Positions 53,517 to 63,630 of a stretch of 64,000 nucleotides of DNA are shown one piece after another. The position numbers and the translations under genes were made by a program. Positions within the stretch are counted from its first letter, which is position 1, and each line of letters begins with the position of its first letter. The stretch is taken from the NCBI GenBank assembly GCA_963785075.1, contig CAWATW010000006.1, positions 356,412 to 420,411 on the forward strand. The letters run 5' to 3'. Below the pieces are notes generated by a model. That model was not told where the DNA came from. It did no database searches and was given only the letters and a program-made list of their open reading frames with translations. The DNA is from an uncultured bacterium (GTDB lineage: Bacteria > Actinomycetota > Acidimicrobiia > Spongiisociales > ZC4RG35).

Positions 53517-55877
53517 TCAGCGGCCGGCGATACTGCCCGCCTCGGCCAGATGAAACGGAACGCTGGTCACCGCAACGCCCGGCTCGGAAGCCAAGACCCC
53601 CTTTATGGCCAGCCCCGTCTGGTTGTGGAGGAACTGCGCCACCCTGCCCGGTACGACGAACTCGGGCACCACCACATTGATCACCGTGCCGGGAAGCGCT
53701 CGACGCCGACGCTCCCTGAGATACTTCACGAGGGGGCGAACAATGCCCCGATACGGGGAAGCCACGACCTCGAGCGCCACTTCACCGCCCGGAACCGCCC
53801 ATGAGTCGATGGAACCATCCCACTCGCGCAAGAGCCTCTCCCGCTGGCGATCTTCCACGTCGACGTGGACGGCGGTGAGCGGCAGCCCGAGCCCGGAGGC
53901 ATACGCCAGGGCTTCTAGCACGGGTCTGGTCAAGTCGGAGATCAGGACGATGGTCTCGACGTGGCGCACGGGAACAGGCGTGAGACCCGCGGGCCGGCGA
54001 CGACGAAGCAGCGTGAGATCCGTGACAGCCACTCTCGGCTCGAACAGCAGCCTGGCCTTGATGGCGAGAGAACGCGGATGACGTGCGAGCTCTGCCATCG
54101 TCCGCCGCCGGAATCGTTCCGACATGACCACGGTGATCCTGTGCTCAGGGTGGGCATCACGGGTTCGGCGGACGTGGTCGACGATACGTCCCGTCACCGA
54201 TCGTCGTTGACCCTGAAGCAACTCGATGGGACGATCAGGGTGAAGGCTTTCCCACGCATACAGGAGGTCGTCGGAACCCTCCTCTTCGGCATGGACGAAC
54301 GCCAAGGAATCGGCGGGGATCCGCTTGGCGAACTCCAATGCGCGCTCGGTCGCCTGGTCGGAATGGTTGACCAAGACAATCACCAGATTCGATCGCGAGT
54401 GCACCTCGGACGGCATCGCCTTGAGTTGTGCCGCCACGCTCTCGTAGTGACGCCGCATGGCCATCATGACCGCCACGATCAGCGGCACCGAGGCAATCAC
54501 GATCCACGCGCCATGCGTGAACTTCACCACGGCTACCACCACCAGGACCACGCCCGTCGTAGCGGAGCCGATCGCGTTCAAGATCACCGATCGTCTCCAG
54601 CCTGCATCTCGCGCCTTCAGCCAGTGCCGCACCATGCCGGCCTGGCTGAGTGTGAAGCTGGTGAACACGCCCACCACGTAGAGCTGGATGAGCCTGGAGA
54701 CCTGTGCGTCGAAAACAACCAATAGGGCCGAAGCGAGCAAAGCCAGCACGATGACACCGTTCGAAAAAACGAGGCGGTCGCCGCGATTGCGAAACTGTCG
54801 TGGCATCAAACGGTGGTCGGCGAGTATCGCCGACAGTCGCGGGAAGTCCTGATACGCCGTGTTGGCCGCCAGCACCAGGATCCCCGCAGTGAACGCCTGG
54901 AGGAGCCAGAATCCCACGCCCCCGTTGAACGCCGCTCGCCCGATCTGAGAGATCACGGTGCCGAACTGCTCGATGTTGCCTTCGCTCGGCTGCACGCCAA
55001 ACGCCCGGGCCAGCGTCGAGATACCGAAGAACATCGTGATCGAGATCGCACCCATCACCGTGAGCGTGGTGACGGCGTTCTTGCTCTTGGGTTCGCGGAA
55101 TGCCTGCACACCGTTGGCGATTGCTTCCACACCGGTGAGCGCGGTGGAGCCCGACGCAAAGGCCCGCAGGATCAGAAAGAGACCTGCGGCGCCGAGCTCA
55201 AGTTCGATCTCGGCACCCGAGCTGACCGCGATCGGACAATCGCCGTCGAAACACTCCACGAATCCCACCATGAGCATCACGAAGACCGTGCCGACGAAGA
55301 GATAGGTCGGGATTGCGAAAATGGTCGACGCTTCTTTCACGCCGCGCAGGTTCGCCATGGTCAGCAGCATGACAAATCCCAGTGCCAGCCAGACCCGCGC
55401 CGTGACCAGGGCCGGCACCGCGGACGTGATGGCGGCGACACCTGCAGCCACCGACACCGACACCGTGAGGGTGTAGTCCACCAGCAGCGCCGAGGCAGCC
55501 ACCGTCCCCGCTCCAACGCCGAGGTTCTCCGACGCAACGATGAATGCGCCGCCCCCACTGGGGTAGGCCCGGATGGTTTGCCGGTACGACACGATCACGA
55601 TCGCCAGCAGGATTCCGACAGCTGCCGTGATCGGTCCGATGAGAGAGAAGGCGGACGCCCCGGCCAGCGACAAGACGAGCATGGCCTCCTCGGTTGCATA
55701 GGCGACCGAAGAAAGCGGATCGGATGCGAAGACGGGGAGGGCCAGACGCTTGGCGAGAAGCTGATGTTCCGCCTCGTCACTGGCGATGGGCCGGCCAATG
55801 ACCGTACTCTTCAGCCGTGACAACGATCCGCCCGATACTCCGCTCGCCCTGGGCGAGCCCCCAGCCCGGTAGCTCAT
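53517..55877 (-). CDS. APC-superfamily permease with a ~300-aa cytoplasmic C-terminal extension
   Basis: Lies inside ORF 53517..56414. Start moved to ATG 55877 (MSYRAGGSP). Contains LLAKRLALPVFASDPLSSVAYATEE and 12 predicted TM segments, followed by a soluble tail. Confidence 0.8.
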   Translation of the reverse strand: MSYRAGGSPRASGVSGGSLSRLKSTVIGRPIASDEAEHQLLAKRLALPVFASDPLSSVAYATEEAMLVLSLAGASAFSLIGPITAAVGILLAIVIVSYRQTIRAYPSGGGAFIVASENLGVGAGTVAASALLVDYTLTVSVSVAAGVAAITSAVPALVTARVWLALGFVMLLTMANLRGVKEASTIFAIPTYLFVGTVFVMLMVGFVECFDGDCPIAVSSGAEIELELGAAGLFLILRAFASGSTALTGVEAIANGVQAFREPKSKNAVTTLTVMGAISITMFFGISTLARAFGVQPSEGNIEQFGTVISQIGRAAFNGGVGFWLLQAFTAGILVLAANTAYQDFPRLSAILADHRLMPRQFRNRGDRLVFSNGVIVLALLASALLVVFDAQVSRLIQLYVVGVFTSFTLSQAGMVRHWLKARDAGWRRSVILNAIGSATTGVVLVVVAVVKFTHGAWIVIASVPLIVAVMMAMRRHYESVAAQLKAMPSEVHSRSNLVIVLVNHSDQATERALEFAKRIPADSLAFVHAEEEGSDDLLYAWESLHPDRPIELLQGQRRSVTGRIVDHVRRTRDAHPEHRITVVMSERFRRRTMAELARHPRSLAIKARLLFEPRVAVTDLTLLRRRRPAGLTPVPVRHVETIVLISDLTRPVLEALAYASGLGLPLTAVHVDVEDRQRERLLREWDGSIDSWAVPGGEVALEVVASPYRGIVRPLVKYLRERRRRALPGTVINVVVPEFVVPGRVAQFLHNQTGLAIKGVLASEPGVAVTSVPFHLAEAGSIAGR

Positions 55878-55928
55878 TCTCAGAAAGTATATCCTTACTG
55901 GACGTCCGTCAAGTTGTATGCTCCTGTC

Positions 55929-56462
55929 ATGGCACGCGGTCCTAGTCGACGGCAACTCATTCTCGATACGGCGCGCGCGGCGTTCGCCGAGCGGGGCTAC
56001 GACGGCACCAGTGTCGGAGAGATCGCCGGTTCGATCGGTGTATCCAAGTCGGCAGTGAGCTTTCATTTCCCCTCGAAGGAAGACCTGTTGGTGGCTTTGG
56101 TCGAGCCGTTCTTCGCGGAGATGGATGAGCTCTTCGATCCTCAGCCGTCCCCCTCGTGGCCCGACGGAGTGCTGGAGCTGGCCGGCGACTACTTCGATGT
56201 GTTGATCCGGCACCATGACATTGCGGTGTGGATCGATGCCGACAGATCGGTCCAGGTGCGCTACGAAACACAGGTGAGCGCCCTCTTCAGTCGAATGGCC
56301 GATGCAATCACCGGACCCGATCCCGATCCCGCCGCTCATGTCCGGGCTCTCGCAGCGGTCGGCGGCCTGTGGCGACCGCTCCGACTGTTGGACGATGCCG
56401 CCCTCGGCGAGCATCGATCCGAACTGCTGGAAGCGGCATTGGTCAGCTACGCGCCGCTGTGA
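55929..56462 (+). CDS. TetR-family transcriptional regulator
   Basis: Lies inside ORF 55914..56462 (TTG). ATG 55929 is preferred. HTH FAERGYDGTSVGEIAGSIGVSKSAVSFHFPSKEDLL. Divergent from the APC permease. Confidence 0.8.
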   Translation: MARGPSRRQLILDTARAAFAERGYDGTSVGEIAGSIGVSKSAVSFHFPSKEDLLVALVEPFFAEMDELFDPQPSPSWPDGVLELAGDYFDVLIRHHDIAVWIDADRSVQVRYETQVSALFSRMADAITGPDPDPAAHVRALAAVGGLWRPLRLLDDAALGEHRSELLEAALVSYAPL

Positions 56463-56477
56463 TCCTGGATGTCCAGC

Positions 56478-56821
56478 TCACTGCCTGAGTGACGCGTCGG
56501 AGCGGGCTTCGGCGCTCACCAGAATCGACCCGACCGGGACCACCAGCCGCAAGAGCGTCAACTCGACGCGGCGTTCGAGCGTGACCGTCACCGATTGCCC
56601 GTCACCGGCAACCACGATCTGCGGTGAGGCGTCCAGATCACCGCCGTTGGGCTGAGCATCGATGAGTCGAAGCGCCAGACCACTCGCCAACGCCGGGTCG
56701 AGCACCACCCTGCCCTCGTTTCGGAAGGTTTCCGCGTCCACGCCCGACGCACCGGCTACTGCGGCGGCATCGGCGATCCCCGCCAAGTCACGATGTGCCC
56801 CGAGAGCACTCCACAGGTCCA
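56478..56821. repeat. 344-bp direct repeat, copy B (partner 50404..50747)
   Basis: See copy A. This copy lies inside the intact tadG-like gene. Confidence 0.9.
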
Positions 56822-56912
56822 AGCTGATTCCCCCCACCATCAACAACGTGATCGCAAGCGCCAGGGTCCACAGAGTCGTGCTACCCCGCTCGTCGCGGTG
56901 CAGCCAACGCAT
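56478..56912 (-). CDS. TadG/TadE-like pseudopilin-type Flp-pilus assembly protein
   Basis: Lies inside ORF 56478..57113. ATG 56912 shares 1 nt with the upstream stop (TGATG). N-terminal ERGSTTLWTLALAITLLMVGGISLD (TadG-like N-terminus). Confidence 0.7.
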   Translation of the reverse strand: MRWLHRDERGSTTLWTLALAITLLMVGGISLDLWSALGAHRDLAGIADAAAVAGASGVDAETFRNEGRVVLDPALASGLALRLIDAQPNGGDLDASPQIVVAGDGQSVTVTLERRVELTLLRLVVPVGSILVSAEARSDASLRQ

Positions 56913-57361
56913 CAGCCGACGCTCCGGTACAGGTCGACGAGCGACTGGTGCTCGGACCAGACCTCGACGCCGCCAACGCCGGCGTCGATACCGGGGACGA
57001 CGATCAGCGGAATGTCCATCTCCACGCGGGCCACGATGGTCTGATCCCGCTGCAACGGCGCTGGACATGCCGCCGCCCCACCCGACGAGACCGGAGCCGG
57101 GACGGCACCGCACAGCCCGACGCGGACCTCTGAGGCTTCGAAGCCGTGGTTGGCCGCCATCGTGGCGATCTGCGCCATGGCCGTCGCCGTTTCCCCATCT
57201 GCGATCACCACAGCACGTGAGGCCTCTGCAGCCGCCTGTCGCACGAACGAGCGCATTTCCAGCGCGGGACCGAACGACAGAACGATCATCGCCATCGGGA
57301 TCATCAGCAGGCCCACACCCAGCGCCAACTCGAGTGGGGCGGCGCCACGTTCGGCCCTCAT
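56912..57361 (-). CDS. TadE-like protein
   Basis: ORF track, 149 aa. MRAERGAAPLELALGVGLLMIPMAMIVL is a TadE N-terminal motif. Confidence 0.75.
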   Translation of the reverse strand: MRAERGAAPLELALGVGLLMIPMAMIVLSFGPALEMRSFVRQAAAEASRAVVIADGETATAMAQIATMAANHGFEASEVRVGLCGAVPAPVSSGGAAACPAPLQRDQTIVARVEMDIPLIVVPGIDAGVGGVEVWSEHQSLVDLYRSVG

Positions 57362-57732
57362 GGGGTCAGGTCCTCCAGCGGAGCCCGTGCCTCCCGCGTG
57401 AATGACAGATCAGGCACCGGCGGAGCCCATCCATCGAGCGTCCCGTCGACCCGGGCCACCACCCACGGACCATCGATCGAGCATTGGAGGCTCGCCCCCA
57501 CCACTGCTCCGCCGAGCACCGAGTCGAAGGTCGAATGCGCCCGGCTCTCGCATGCCCCGATCGGATCGAGCGATCGAGCGCCCTGGCGGACGCCCTCGTC
57601 GAGGGCCGCCACGGTGACTCCGAGTGCGTACTGCATCACGATCAGATTCGTGAGGATGGCAAAGAAGAGCAACGCCAAGGCCGCCGCAGCCACGTTCTCG
57701 AGCGTGGCAAAGCCGCCCTCTCCGGCGGTCAG
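57358..57732 (-). CDS. TadE-like protein (start uncertain)
   Basis: C-terminal part of ORF 57358..57954. GEGGFATLENVAAAALALLFFAILTNLIV resembles a TadE N-terminus. The only nearby start candidate is CTG 57732, which overlaps the flp stop, so the start is low confidence. Confidence 0.5.
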   Translation of the reverse strand: MTAGEGGFATLENVAAAALALLFFAILTNLIVMQYALGVTVAALDEGVRQGARSLDPIGACESRAHSTFDSVLGGAVVGASLQCSIDGPWVVARVDGTLDGWAPPVPDLSFTREARAPLEDLTP

Positions 57733-57920
57733 CCGATCCCGAGCTGGGATGCGATCCAATCGACAACGCTGACTCCCAGGGCCTCGAGCGCTCCCCAGAT
57801 CACCAGCAAGGCAGCAATCGCCAGCGCGGCGTTGCCGAGAAGCTCGGCCGTGTTCAGGCCTCGTTCGTCCTCGTGTACCTGGCGCACGACCGCGCCGACG
57901 TGTTCCCTCACCGTGTGCAT
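57729..57920 (-). CDS. flp: Flp/Fap-family type IVb pilin
   Basis: ORF track, 63 aa. SD GAGGGA upstream. DERGLNTAELLGNAALAIAALLVIWGAL fits the G/xxxxE(Y/L) Flp processing motif plus a hydrophobic helix. Confidence 0.75.
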   Translation of the reverse strand: MHTVREHVGAVVRQVHEDERGLNTAELLGNAALAIAALLVIWGALEALGVSVVDWIASQLGIG

Positions 57921-57944
57921 CCCGGTCCCTCTCTCTCGTTCCCG

Positions 57945-58883
57945 TCATTGCCAACCGAGCACCAATCGCGGCAGCGGGGCAGCCACGAAAATCAACATCA
58001 CCGGAGCGAGAATGGCGATGGTTGGTATGAGCATCGCCGCCCTCCGCTTCGTCGCATTGCGTTTGATGGAGGCTCGTCTCGCCTCACGGACGTCCTCCGA
58101 CAGCGACAGCAGCCCCTCCGCCAGATCGACACCTCTGTCCTCGGCCACAGCGAGCAGCGAGTAGGTGCGGGCGCAGACTGGCTCGGGGGTGGCCTCCGCA
58201 ATCCGGTGGAATGCCTCGGAGGCTCGGATTCCCGCCCGCTGGAGCCGCAGGGCCTCACGCAATTCGGAGACCACCTCGCCATGTCCGCGGGCCACGAGCT
58301 GAGACACCGCTTGAACCACACCGCCCCCGGCACGCGCGCGCACCGCGAGCAACTGATTCACCGTATAGATCTCGATCCGCATTCGGTTCTGTCGATCCTC
58401 GATCGCACGATCGAGCCGGCCCCGTTGGCGGGTGGCGCCGATCATCACTCCTGAGGCGACCAGGACCAGCCCGATCCCCGTGGACAGGTCGAGCAGCAGC
58501 GCCACGCCGATCGCCCCACCCAGCCACAACGCAAGCGTCGTGAGCTGCCGCATCCGGTACGCCCCCAGCCGTTCCGACTCGGGGATCTCCGGGAACAAGC
58601 GGGCCTGGCGGATCTTGAGCGCCAGCACCTCGTCGCCACCACGGTCGATGAATCCACTCAACCGACGGGCGACACCGCCTGCCAGCGGCCCGAACACACC
58701 TTTGATCGCAGTCCCGGCGCCGCCATCGGCCACCCCACGCACGTCGGCACTTCCGCCCAGGCTGGTCCGGGCGCCGATCGCATACGGTCGGACTCGGGGA
58801 CCGAGTCGCCGGGTCGGGGGGATGAGCACACTGGCAAACGCCATCACGGCCACGGCCGAGGCGATCGCCGCCAGCGCGAGCAT
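57945..58883 (-). CDS. tadC: type II secretion system F-family protein (TadC)
   Basis: Lies inside ORF 57945..59660. Start at ATG 58883 (MLALAAIASAV). Has the T2SS-F domain pattern and a C-terminal TM pair. Confidence 0.78.
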   Translation of the reverse strand: MLALAAIASAVAVMAFASVLIPPTRRLGPRVRPYAIGARTSLGGSADVRGVADGGAGTAIKGVFGPLAGGVARRLSGFIDRGGDEVLALKIRQARLFPEIPESERLGAYRMRQLTTLALWLGGAIGVALLLDLSTGIGLVLVASGVMIGATRQRGRLDRAIEDRQNRMRIEIYTVNQLLAVRARAGGGVVQAVSQLVARGHGEVVSELREALRLQRAGIRASEAFHRIAEATPEPVCARTYSLLAVAEDRGVDLAEGLLSLSEDVREARRASIKRNATKRRAAMLIPTIAILAPVMLIFVAAPLPRLVLGWQ

Positions 58884-58891
58884 CGGGTCGA

Positions 58892-59785
58892 TCAAAACGC
58901 CTCCCCTGTGGAACTGGCGGCGCCTCCGAAGACCCTTGGCTCGTCTGGCTCGGCTCCGAGCCTCGACACCAGCCACATGCCGAACCCGCTCATCAGCCCA
59001 CACACCACCACCACCACGACACCGCCTCCGCTTGCGTAGAACTCCCGGAAAGGACCCGGACGCGCCGTGATGGCGATGAGGATCAGCCAGGGGATGACGA
59101 AGACCGCCCGGGCGTTGATCTTCTGCTCGAGGGACTGAGTCTCGATCTCTTCGATCGTCCACACATCGCGCACGGTCGCATCGGCGAGATCCCTCAGGAT
59201 CTCGGGAACGATGGCCCCACCGCGCTGATGGGCGAGTATCACGACCTCGATGATTCTGTCGCTCGTTGGGTCGGCAAGCTCCTCCTTGATGACTTCGAGC
59301 GCAGGCACCATACCGAGGGTCCTGGCGAGATACGGGAAGCGAGCGAATGCCACACGCAGGGGCATCGGACCGGTGAGCGCAAGGTTCTCGACGGCCCGCT
59401 GAAGCGACATTCCAGCGGTGATGGACGCCACGAGATCCCTCAATCCGTCGGGCCACGCTTTCTGGACCTCCGACATGCGGAGCGCACGACGGCGGGCGTA
59501 GAACGCTCTCGGCAACACTGCGATCAGCGCCGCCGCCACCAGCGCCACCGACACCAATCCGGTCACCAGCAGGACGAACAGGAAGGCGAGCACCCCCGCC
59601 CCGAGGCTCACCAGGCGAAACTGCCGGGGTGTGATCTCGAGACCGGCCTGGATCAGCCACTGCTGACGCGGGTCGACCTGTGGCGCGGCAGTGAGCTGTG
59701 CCCGACGCCGGGGGACTACACCCATCACCAGACCGATGGCGGTGCCGATGGCGACAGCACTCGAGAGGGCGGCCACAATGATCAC
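58892..59785 (-). CDS. tadB: type II secretion system F-family protein (TadB)
   Basis: Lies inside ORF 58892..59890. GTG 59785 forms a GTGA overlap with the tadA stop. Contains WPDGLRDLVASITAGMSLQRAV. Confidence 0.78.
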   Translation of the reverse strand: MIIVAALSSAVAIGTAIGLVMGVVPRRRAQLTAAPQVDPRQQWLIQAGLEITPRQFRLVSLGAGVLAFLFVLLVTGLVSVALVAAALIAVLPRAFYARRRALRMSEVQKAWPDGLRDLVASITAGMSLQRAVENLALTGPMPLRVAFARFPYLARTLGMVPALEVIKEELADPTSDRIIEVVILAHQRGGAIVPEILRDLADATVRDVWTIEEIETQSLEQKINARAVFVIPWLILIAITARPGPFREFYASGGGVVVVVVCGLMSGFGMWLVSRLGAEPDEPRVFGGAASSTGEAF

Positions 59786-61065
59786 GGCAGCGCCGCTCGT
59801 CCGTCGAGCACGTCGGCCAACCCCACCCCGTCGGGCAGGATCTGGGCGATCTGTCCCGACAACCTGGACGGGGGCAGCGCGCCTGTCCACCGCATAGGAG
59901 CCCCGACCCGCTCGCGCACGAAGATCGGCTCCGTGCTGAAATCGTCGTGGAGCGAAGGCACCACTGCCAGGATTTCTCTCACCTGACGCTTCATTCCTCC
60001 GTCGTCACCGCGCACGGCTTCACGGTCGCAGTGAACGACCAGATCGAGCGATGCGGAGAACACGTTGCGCACCACAGCCTCCGGAACGTTCTCGCCGGCC
60101 ATGAGGGCGGCGTTCACCATCGCCGCCAGCGCATCGGCTGCAGAGTTGGCGTGGATCGTGCAAGCAAAGCCGGTGCCGGCGTTCACGGCTCGTGTCAGCT
60201 CGAATGCTTCAGCGCCGCGGACCTCGCCCACCACGATGCGATCGGGACGCATGGCCAGCACCACCTTCACCAGGTCACGCAGCGAGACCTCGCCCGAACC
60301 GTCGAGCCCCGGGGGGCGGGCCTCGTAGAACGAGCCGTGCACCAGCGGGAAATGAAGCTCACGCACCTCTTCGCAGCATCGCAGACAATGATCCGAGGGC
60401 GCGGCATTCAGCATCGCAGAAAGCAGCGAGGTCTTTCCGGCACCGGGCGGCCCCGAGATCATGATGCTTGAGTTCGTCTGCATGACCGCCCAGAGGAACC
60501 CGGCGGCGGAACCGGTGAGCGAGTCGAGCTCGACCAGCGAAGACAAGCTCTCCTTGCGCAACGCGTATCGACGGATGGTCGCAGACAACTGGTCCGCAAT
60601 CGGCGGGATCACCGCCGTGAGACGAGCCGTGCCTTCGAGCACCCTTCCCTGCACGATGGGACTGGATGCATCCATCCTCCTGTCGGTGGAGGCGAGAAGC
60701 CGGTCGACCACCTGACGGTTCTCATCGATGGTCGTCGGCTCACCGAGCCCGCGCAGGCGCCCGGTGCCATCGATGAACGTGACGCGGGGGCCTTCGATGA
60801 AGATCTCCTCGACATCGGTGCGTTGGAGCAGCTCGGTCAGCGGCCCGTAGTCGGCGAGGGACCGCACGATTCGTTCGACCATGTGGCCGGGATCGCTGAT
60901 GGCCCTGTTCTCACCGAGGTTCGAACGCCGCTGGTATTCGTCGACCGCACGAGAAACCAGATCGCGGACCATGTCGCGATCACCCGACGCGTCCACATGC
61001 GCCTCTTCCACGAGCTGGAGGGCACGACGCCGGATCGAGTCGTAGGCGTGGGACCGGTTGGTCAT
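59782..61065 (-). CDS. tadA: CpaF/TadA secretion ATPase
   Basis: Lies inside ORF 59782..61317. ATG 61065 (ATGA overlap, GGGGAG upstream). Walker A GPPGAGKTS, then MRPDRIVVGEVRG and TIHANSA. Confidence 0.88.
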   Translation of the reverse strand: MTNRSHAYDSIRRRALQLVEEAHVDASGDRDMVRDLVSRAVDEYQRRSNLGENRAISDPGHMVERIVRSLADYGPLTELLQRTDVEEIFIEGPRVTFIDGTGRLRGLGEPTTIDENRQVVDRLLASTDRRMDASSPIVQGRVLEGTARLTAVIPPIADQLSATIRRYALRKESLSSLVELDSLTGSAAGFLWAVMQTNSSIMISGPPGAGKTSLLSAMLNAAPSDHCLRCCEEVRELHFPLVHGSFYEARPPGLDGSGEVSLRDLVKVVLAMRPDRIVVGEVRGAEAFELTRAVNAGTGFACTIHANSAADALAAMVNAALMAGENVPEAVVRNVFSASLDLVVHCDREAVRGDDGGMKRQVREILAVVPSLHDDFSTEPIFVRERVGAPMRWTGALPPSRLSGQIAQILPDGVGLADVLDGRAALP

Positions 61066-62240
61066 ATCTCCCCATCCACGAACCGATCGACCCACCGGTC
61101 GAGCGACCGACGGAACTTGCCACGACTCGGCACCGAGCCATCCCAGGTCATCGACGACATCCGGCTGTCTTCGGGCAGGAAGGCGAAGCTGGTCGGCGGG
61201 TAGGTACGAGTGATCTCCTGGACCAGTTCGCCCCTGCGGAACTGGTCCCCGGGTGCACGATTCACAAGGATGTCGGCTCGCGGTGAACCGCCGATCGACT
61301 GGGCGGTGGCGAGCCATTCGAGCAGCCGCGCCACCCCGACCGGCGTCCCGAGACCGACGACCACCAGCCTGTCACAATGCTCGACGGCCACCCGGCTCGT
61401 CCCGTAGCGGGGCTGGCCCTCACCAAAGGCGTCGGCATCGATTCGACTGCCGACATTCACCACCACGTGCACATGACTCATTGCCAGCTCGCGGACGAGG
61501 TCGAGCGCCTGCCGGGGGCGTATCTCATGCCAGTCGCGAATCGTGGCAAGGCCCGGGAGCGCAACGAGCCCTTCGACCCCGGTCTGGTGCAGAACCCTCT
61601 CGAGCGAGCCGGTCCGCTGTTCGAGGATGTCGATGGCAGTTCGGATGTTCGGATAGAGCGGCAGACCGAGCCGCTGGGCGAGCGACGGCGCGTTCTCGTC
61701 GACTTCGACGAGCACCGTCGTGCCGCGTCTCACCAGTCGGGCAGCCAGACCGAGCGCCACCTCGGTGGATCCCACCCCACCACTCGGACCGCCGACCGCA
61801 ATGACCGTCGGCGCGCCGACAGGGGCCCGCTGCTCGGGCTCCTTCTCGGAGCTCGGACTCGGAGATTCCACCTCGATGGTCGGTTCTCGCTGGGTCGCAA
61901 GTCGTGCAATCGTCTTGAGGAACTCCTCTGGACGAGCATCGGCTTCGACGACGTCGGCGACGCCACACTCGAGAAGCCGGTCCTTACCATCGGCGAACTC
62001 GGCCGGGTCGTAGACACCGAGGACCACCCGTCCCTGGTCGGAGACCAGGTCCACGAGTCGGGGAGTCAGAAACGAGCAGATGTCGTCGATGAGCAGCAGG
62101 TCGTACGCCTCTACCAGCAGGTCTTCGGGACCCATCGCGGCGACACGCACCCTGGCCCCACCGTGGTCTGCGAGAAAATGACGGAGGCGGTCAGGCCACT
62201 CTCGGGCCGACAGCGCGATTGCGAGCTCGGTCTCGGGCAT
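61062..62240 (-). CDS. tadZ: TadZ/CpaE-like ParA/MinD-fold protein with a degenerate Walker A
   Basis: ORF track, 392 aa. Receiver-like N-terminal domain, then VIAVGGPSGGVGSTEVA in place of the KGGxGK(S/T) deviant Walker A (both lysines absent). Confidence 0.7.
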   Translation of the reverse strand: MPETELAIALSAREWPDRLRHFLADHGGARVRVAAMGPEDLLVEAYDLLLIDDICSFLTPRLVDLVSDQGRVVLGVYDPAEFADGKDRLLECGVADVVEADARPEEFLKTIARLATQREPTIEVESPSPSSEKEPEQRAPVGAPTVIAVGGPSGGVGSTEVALGLAARLVRRGTTVLVEVDENAPSLAQRLGLPLYPNIRTAIDILEQRTGSLERVLHQTGVEGLVALPGLATIRDWHEIRPRQALDLVRELAMSHVHVVVNVGSRIDADAFGEGQPRYGTSRVAVEHCDRLVVVGLGTPVGVARLLEWLATAQSIGGSPRADILVNRAPGDQFRRGELVQEITRTYPPTSFAFLPEDSRMSSMTWDGSVPSRGKFRRSLDRWVDRFVDGEI

Positions 62241-63013
62241 CAGCCACCGGCTCCGGCCTCGTCGTCCTCAAGTTCCCCTCCGCCGGACTCGGGCGTGCCT
62301 TCCACCGGTGCCTCGTCAGGGCCTTCCTCCAGGGTGAGACGCTCGGGGGCGGGAGCCCCGGTCGCCAGCACGACCTCTACCGAGTCCGACTGCAGGGCTT
62401 CGGCCACCGACAGCGCTGTGTCTGCGTCGACGGCGATCACGATGAAGTAGTCGTTGATGGAAACGAGACCTCCGCTGGAGTCTTGAGCGGGCACCCGCAG
62501 TACCTGTGCTCCGGTCACCACGTATCGGGCCCTCCCGTCCTCGACGGCGATGATGTCGATGAGATCGCCACGTTCGATGAGCGAACCGCCGCCGGCGTGG
62601 TCGGCATCGACCCTCACCGTGACGGCGCGGAGGTTCTCCTGGGCGGCCTGGTCTGCGAGATCGGCTGTGGCAACGAATTCACCTTCGAGGACTCGGCTGG
62701 TGACGATCTTGCCCTCGAACGAAGCAAGGGCCTCTTCAGGCATCAGTCGATCGATGACCGGGTTCTCGGCATCGATCGGCACCATCTCGACCATGGACGC
62801 GTCGAACTCGACGCCGGGTACGAGGTCCTCGGTGGCGACCGCCACCATCGTCACCGCCTCCTGGGCGCGGATGACATTCACGTTCAGCACGAAGGCAGCC
62901 AGACCAGCGACGATCATGACGATTTGCCCCATCGACATACGCGACCAGAACGGCCGACGCTTGGCCGGCGCGGGCTCTTTGCGTACGTTGTCCCCTGGCT
63001 GTTGACTCAGCAT
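62240..63013 (-). CDS. cpaB: CpaB/RcpC-like Flp pilus assembly protein (SAF domain)
   Basis: ORF track, 257 aa. N-terminal TM segment (IVMIVAGLAAFVLNV), beta-rich body and an acidic Gly/Glu tail. First gene of the tad operon. Confidence 0.7.
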   Translation of the reverse strand: MLSQQPGDNVRKEPAPAKRRPFWSRMSMGQIVMIVAGLAAFVLNVNVIRAQEAVTMVAVATEDLVPGVEFDASMVEMVPIDAENPVIDRLMPEEALASFEGKIVTSRVLEGEFVATADLADQAAQENLRAVTVRVDADHAGGGSLIERGDLIDIIAVEDGRARYVVTGAQVLRVPAQDSSGGLVSINDYFIVIAVDADTALSVAEALQSDSVEVVLATGAPAPERLTLEEGPDEAPVEGTPESGGGELEDDEAGAGG

Positions 63014-63054
63014 TTGGCCCCTCCCCGAGAGGGCATGGTATCCAGGAGGCTCCG

Positions 63055-63630
63055 ATGACGGAAGATGCGAACTCCGATCGAGGCCCTCGAGACTGGGACG
63101 ACGATCCTCTCGAGAGCCTCGCGAGGGAACTCCGCGAAACCGTTGGTTCGGAGTTCCGGGCCGAGGCGGAAATGGTCGAGATCGAGACCGAGATCGGCCG
63201 GTTGCGGAGACGTTCGCTCAGAGAGGTTGCCCGGGAGGCCGCGAATCGGGGCGACCGCGTATCTGTCGTCACTGCGGGCCGCACCGTCACCGGATCCGTT
63301 GCACACGTCGGGAAGGATTACGTGTCGATCGAAACTCCGACCGAACACCTGGACGCGAGGCTCGACAGGGTCGCTCTCGTGGTCGCGCACAGCGCCGCCG
63401 GAGGGATCGGCCCCCGAGGCGGATCGATCACATTCAAAGCTCGTCTCTCCGAGTTCGAACAAACCGGAGAGACGGTGGAGGTCGTAGCACCCCGATTGGA
63501 CTCGTCGGTCGCGGGCAGAATCCAGGTGGTGGCCGACGATCACGTGGTGATGGTGGATCCGGACGGCACTCGCGTCATCTTTGCGCTCGACGTGATCGAC
63601 CTCGTGATCAGGACGCGTCGATCTCGTTGA
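63055..63630 (+). CDS. hypothetical protein (two short beta-rich repeats)
   Basis: ORF track, 191 aa. No family recognised. Divergent from cpaB. Confidence 0.45.
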   Translation: MTEDANSDRGPRDWDDDPLESLARELRETVGSEFRAEAEMVEIETEIGRLRRRSLREVAREAANRGDRVSVVTAGRTVTGSVAHVGKDYVSIETPTEHLDARLDRVALVVAHSAAGGIGPRGGSITFKARLSEFEQTGETVEVVAPRLDSSVAGRIQVVADDHVVMVDPDGTRVIFALDVIDLVIRTRRSR

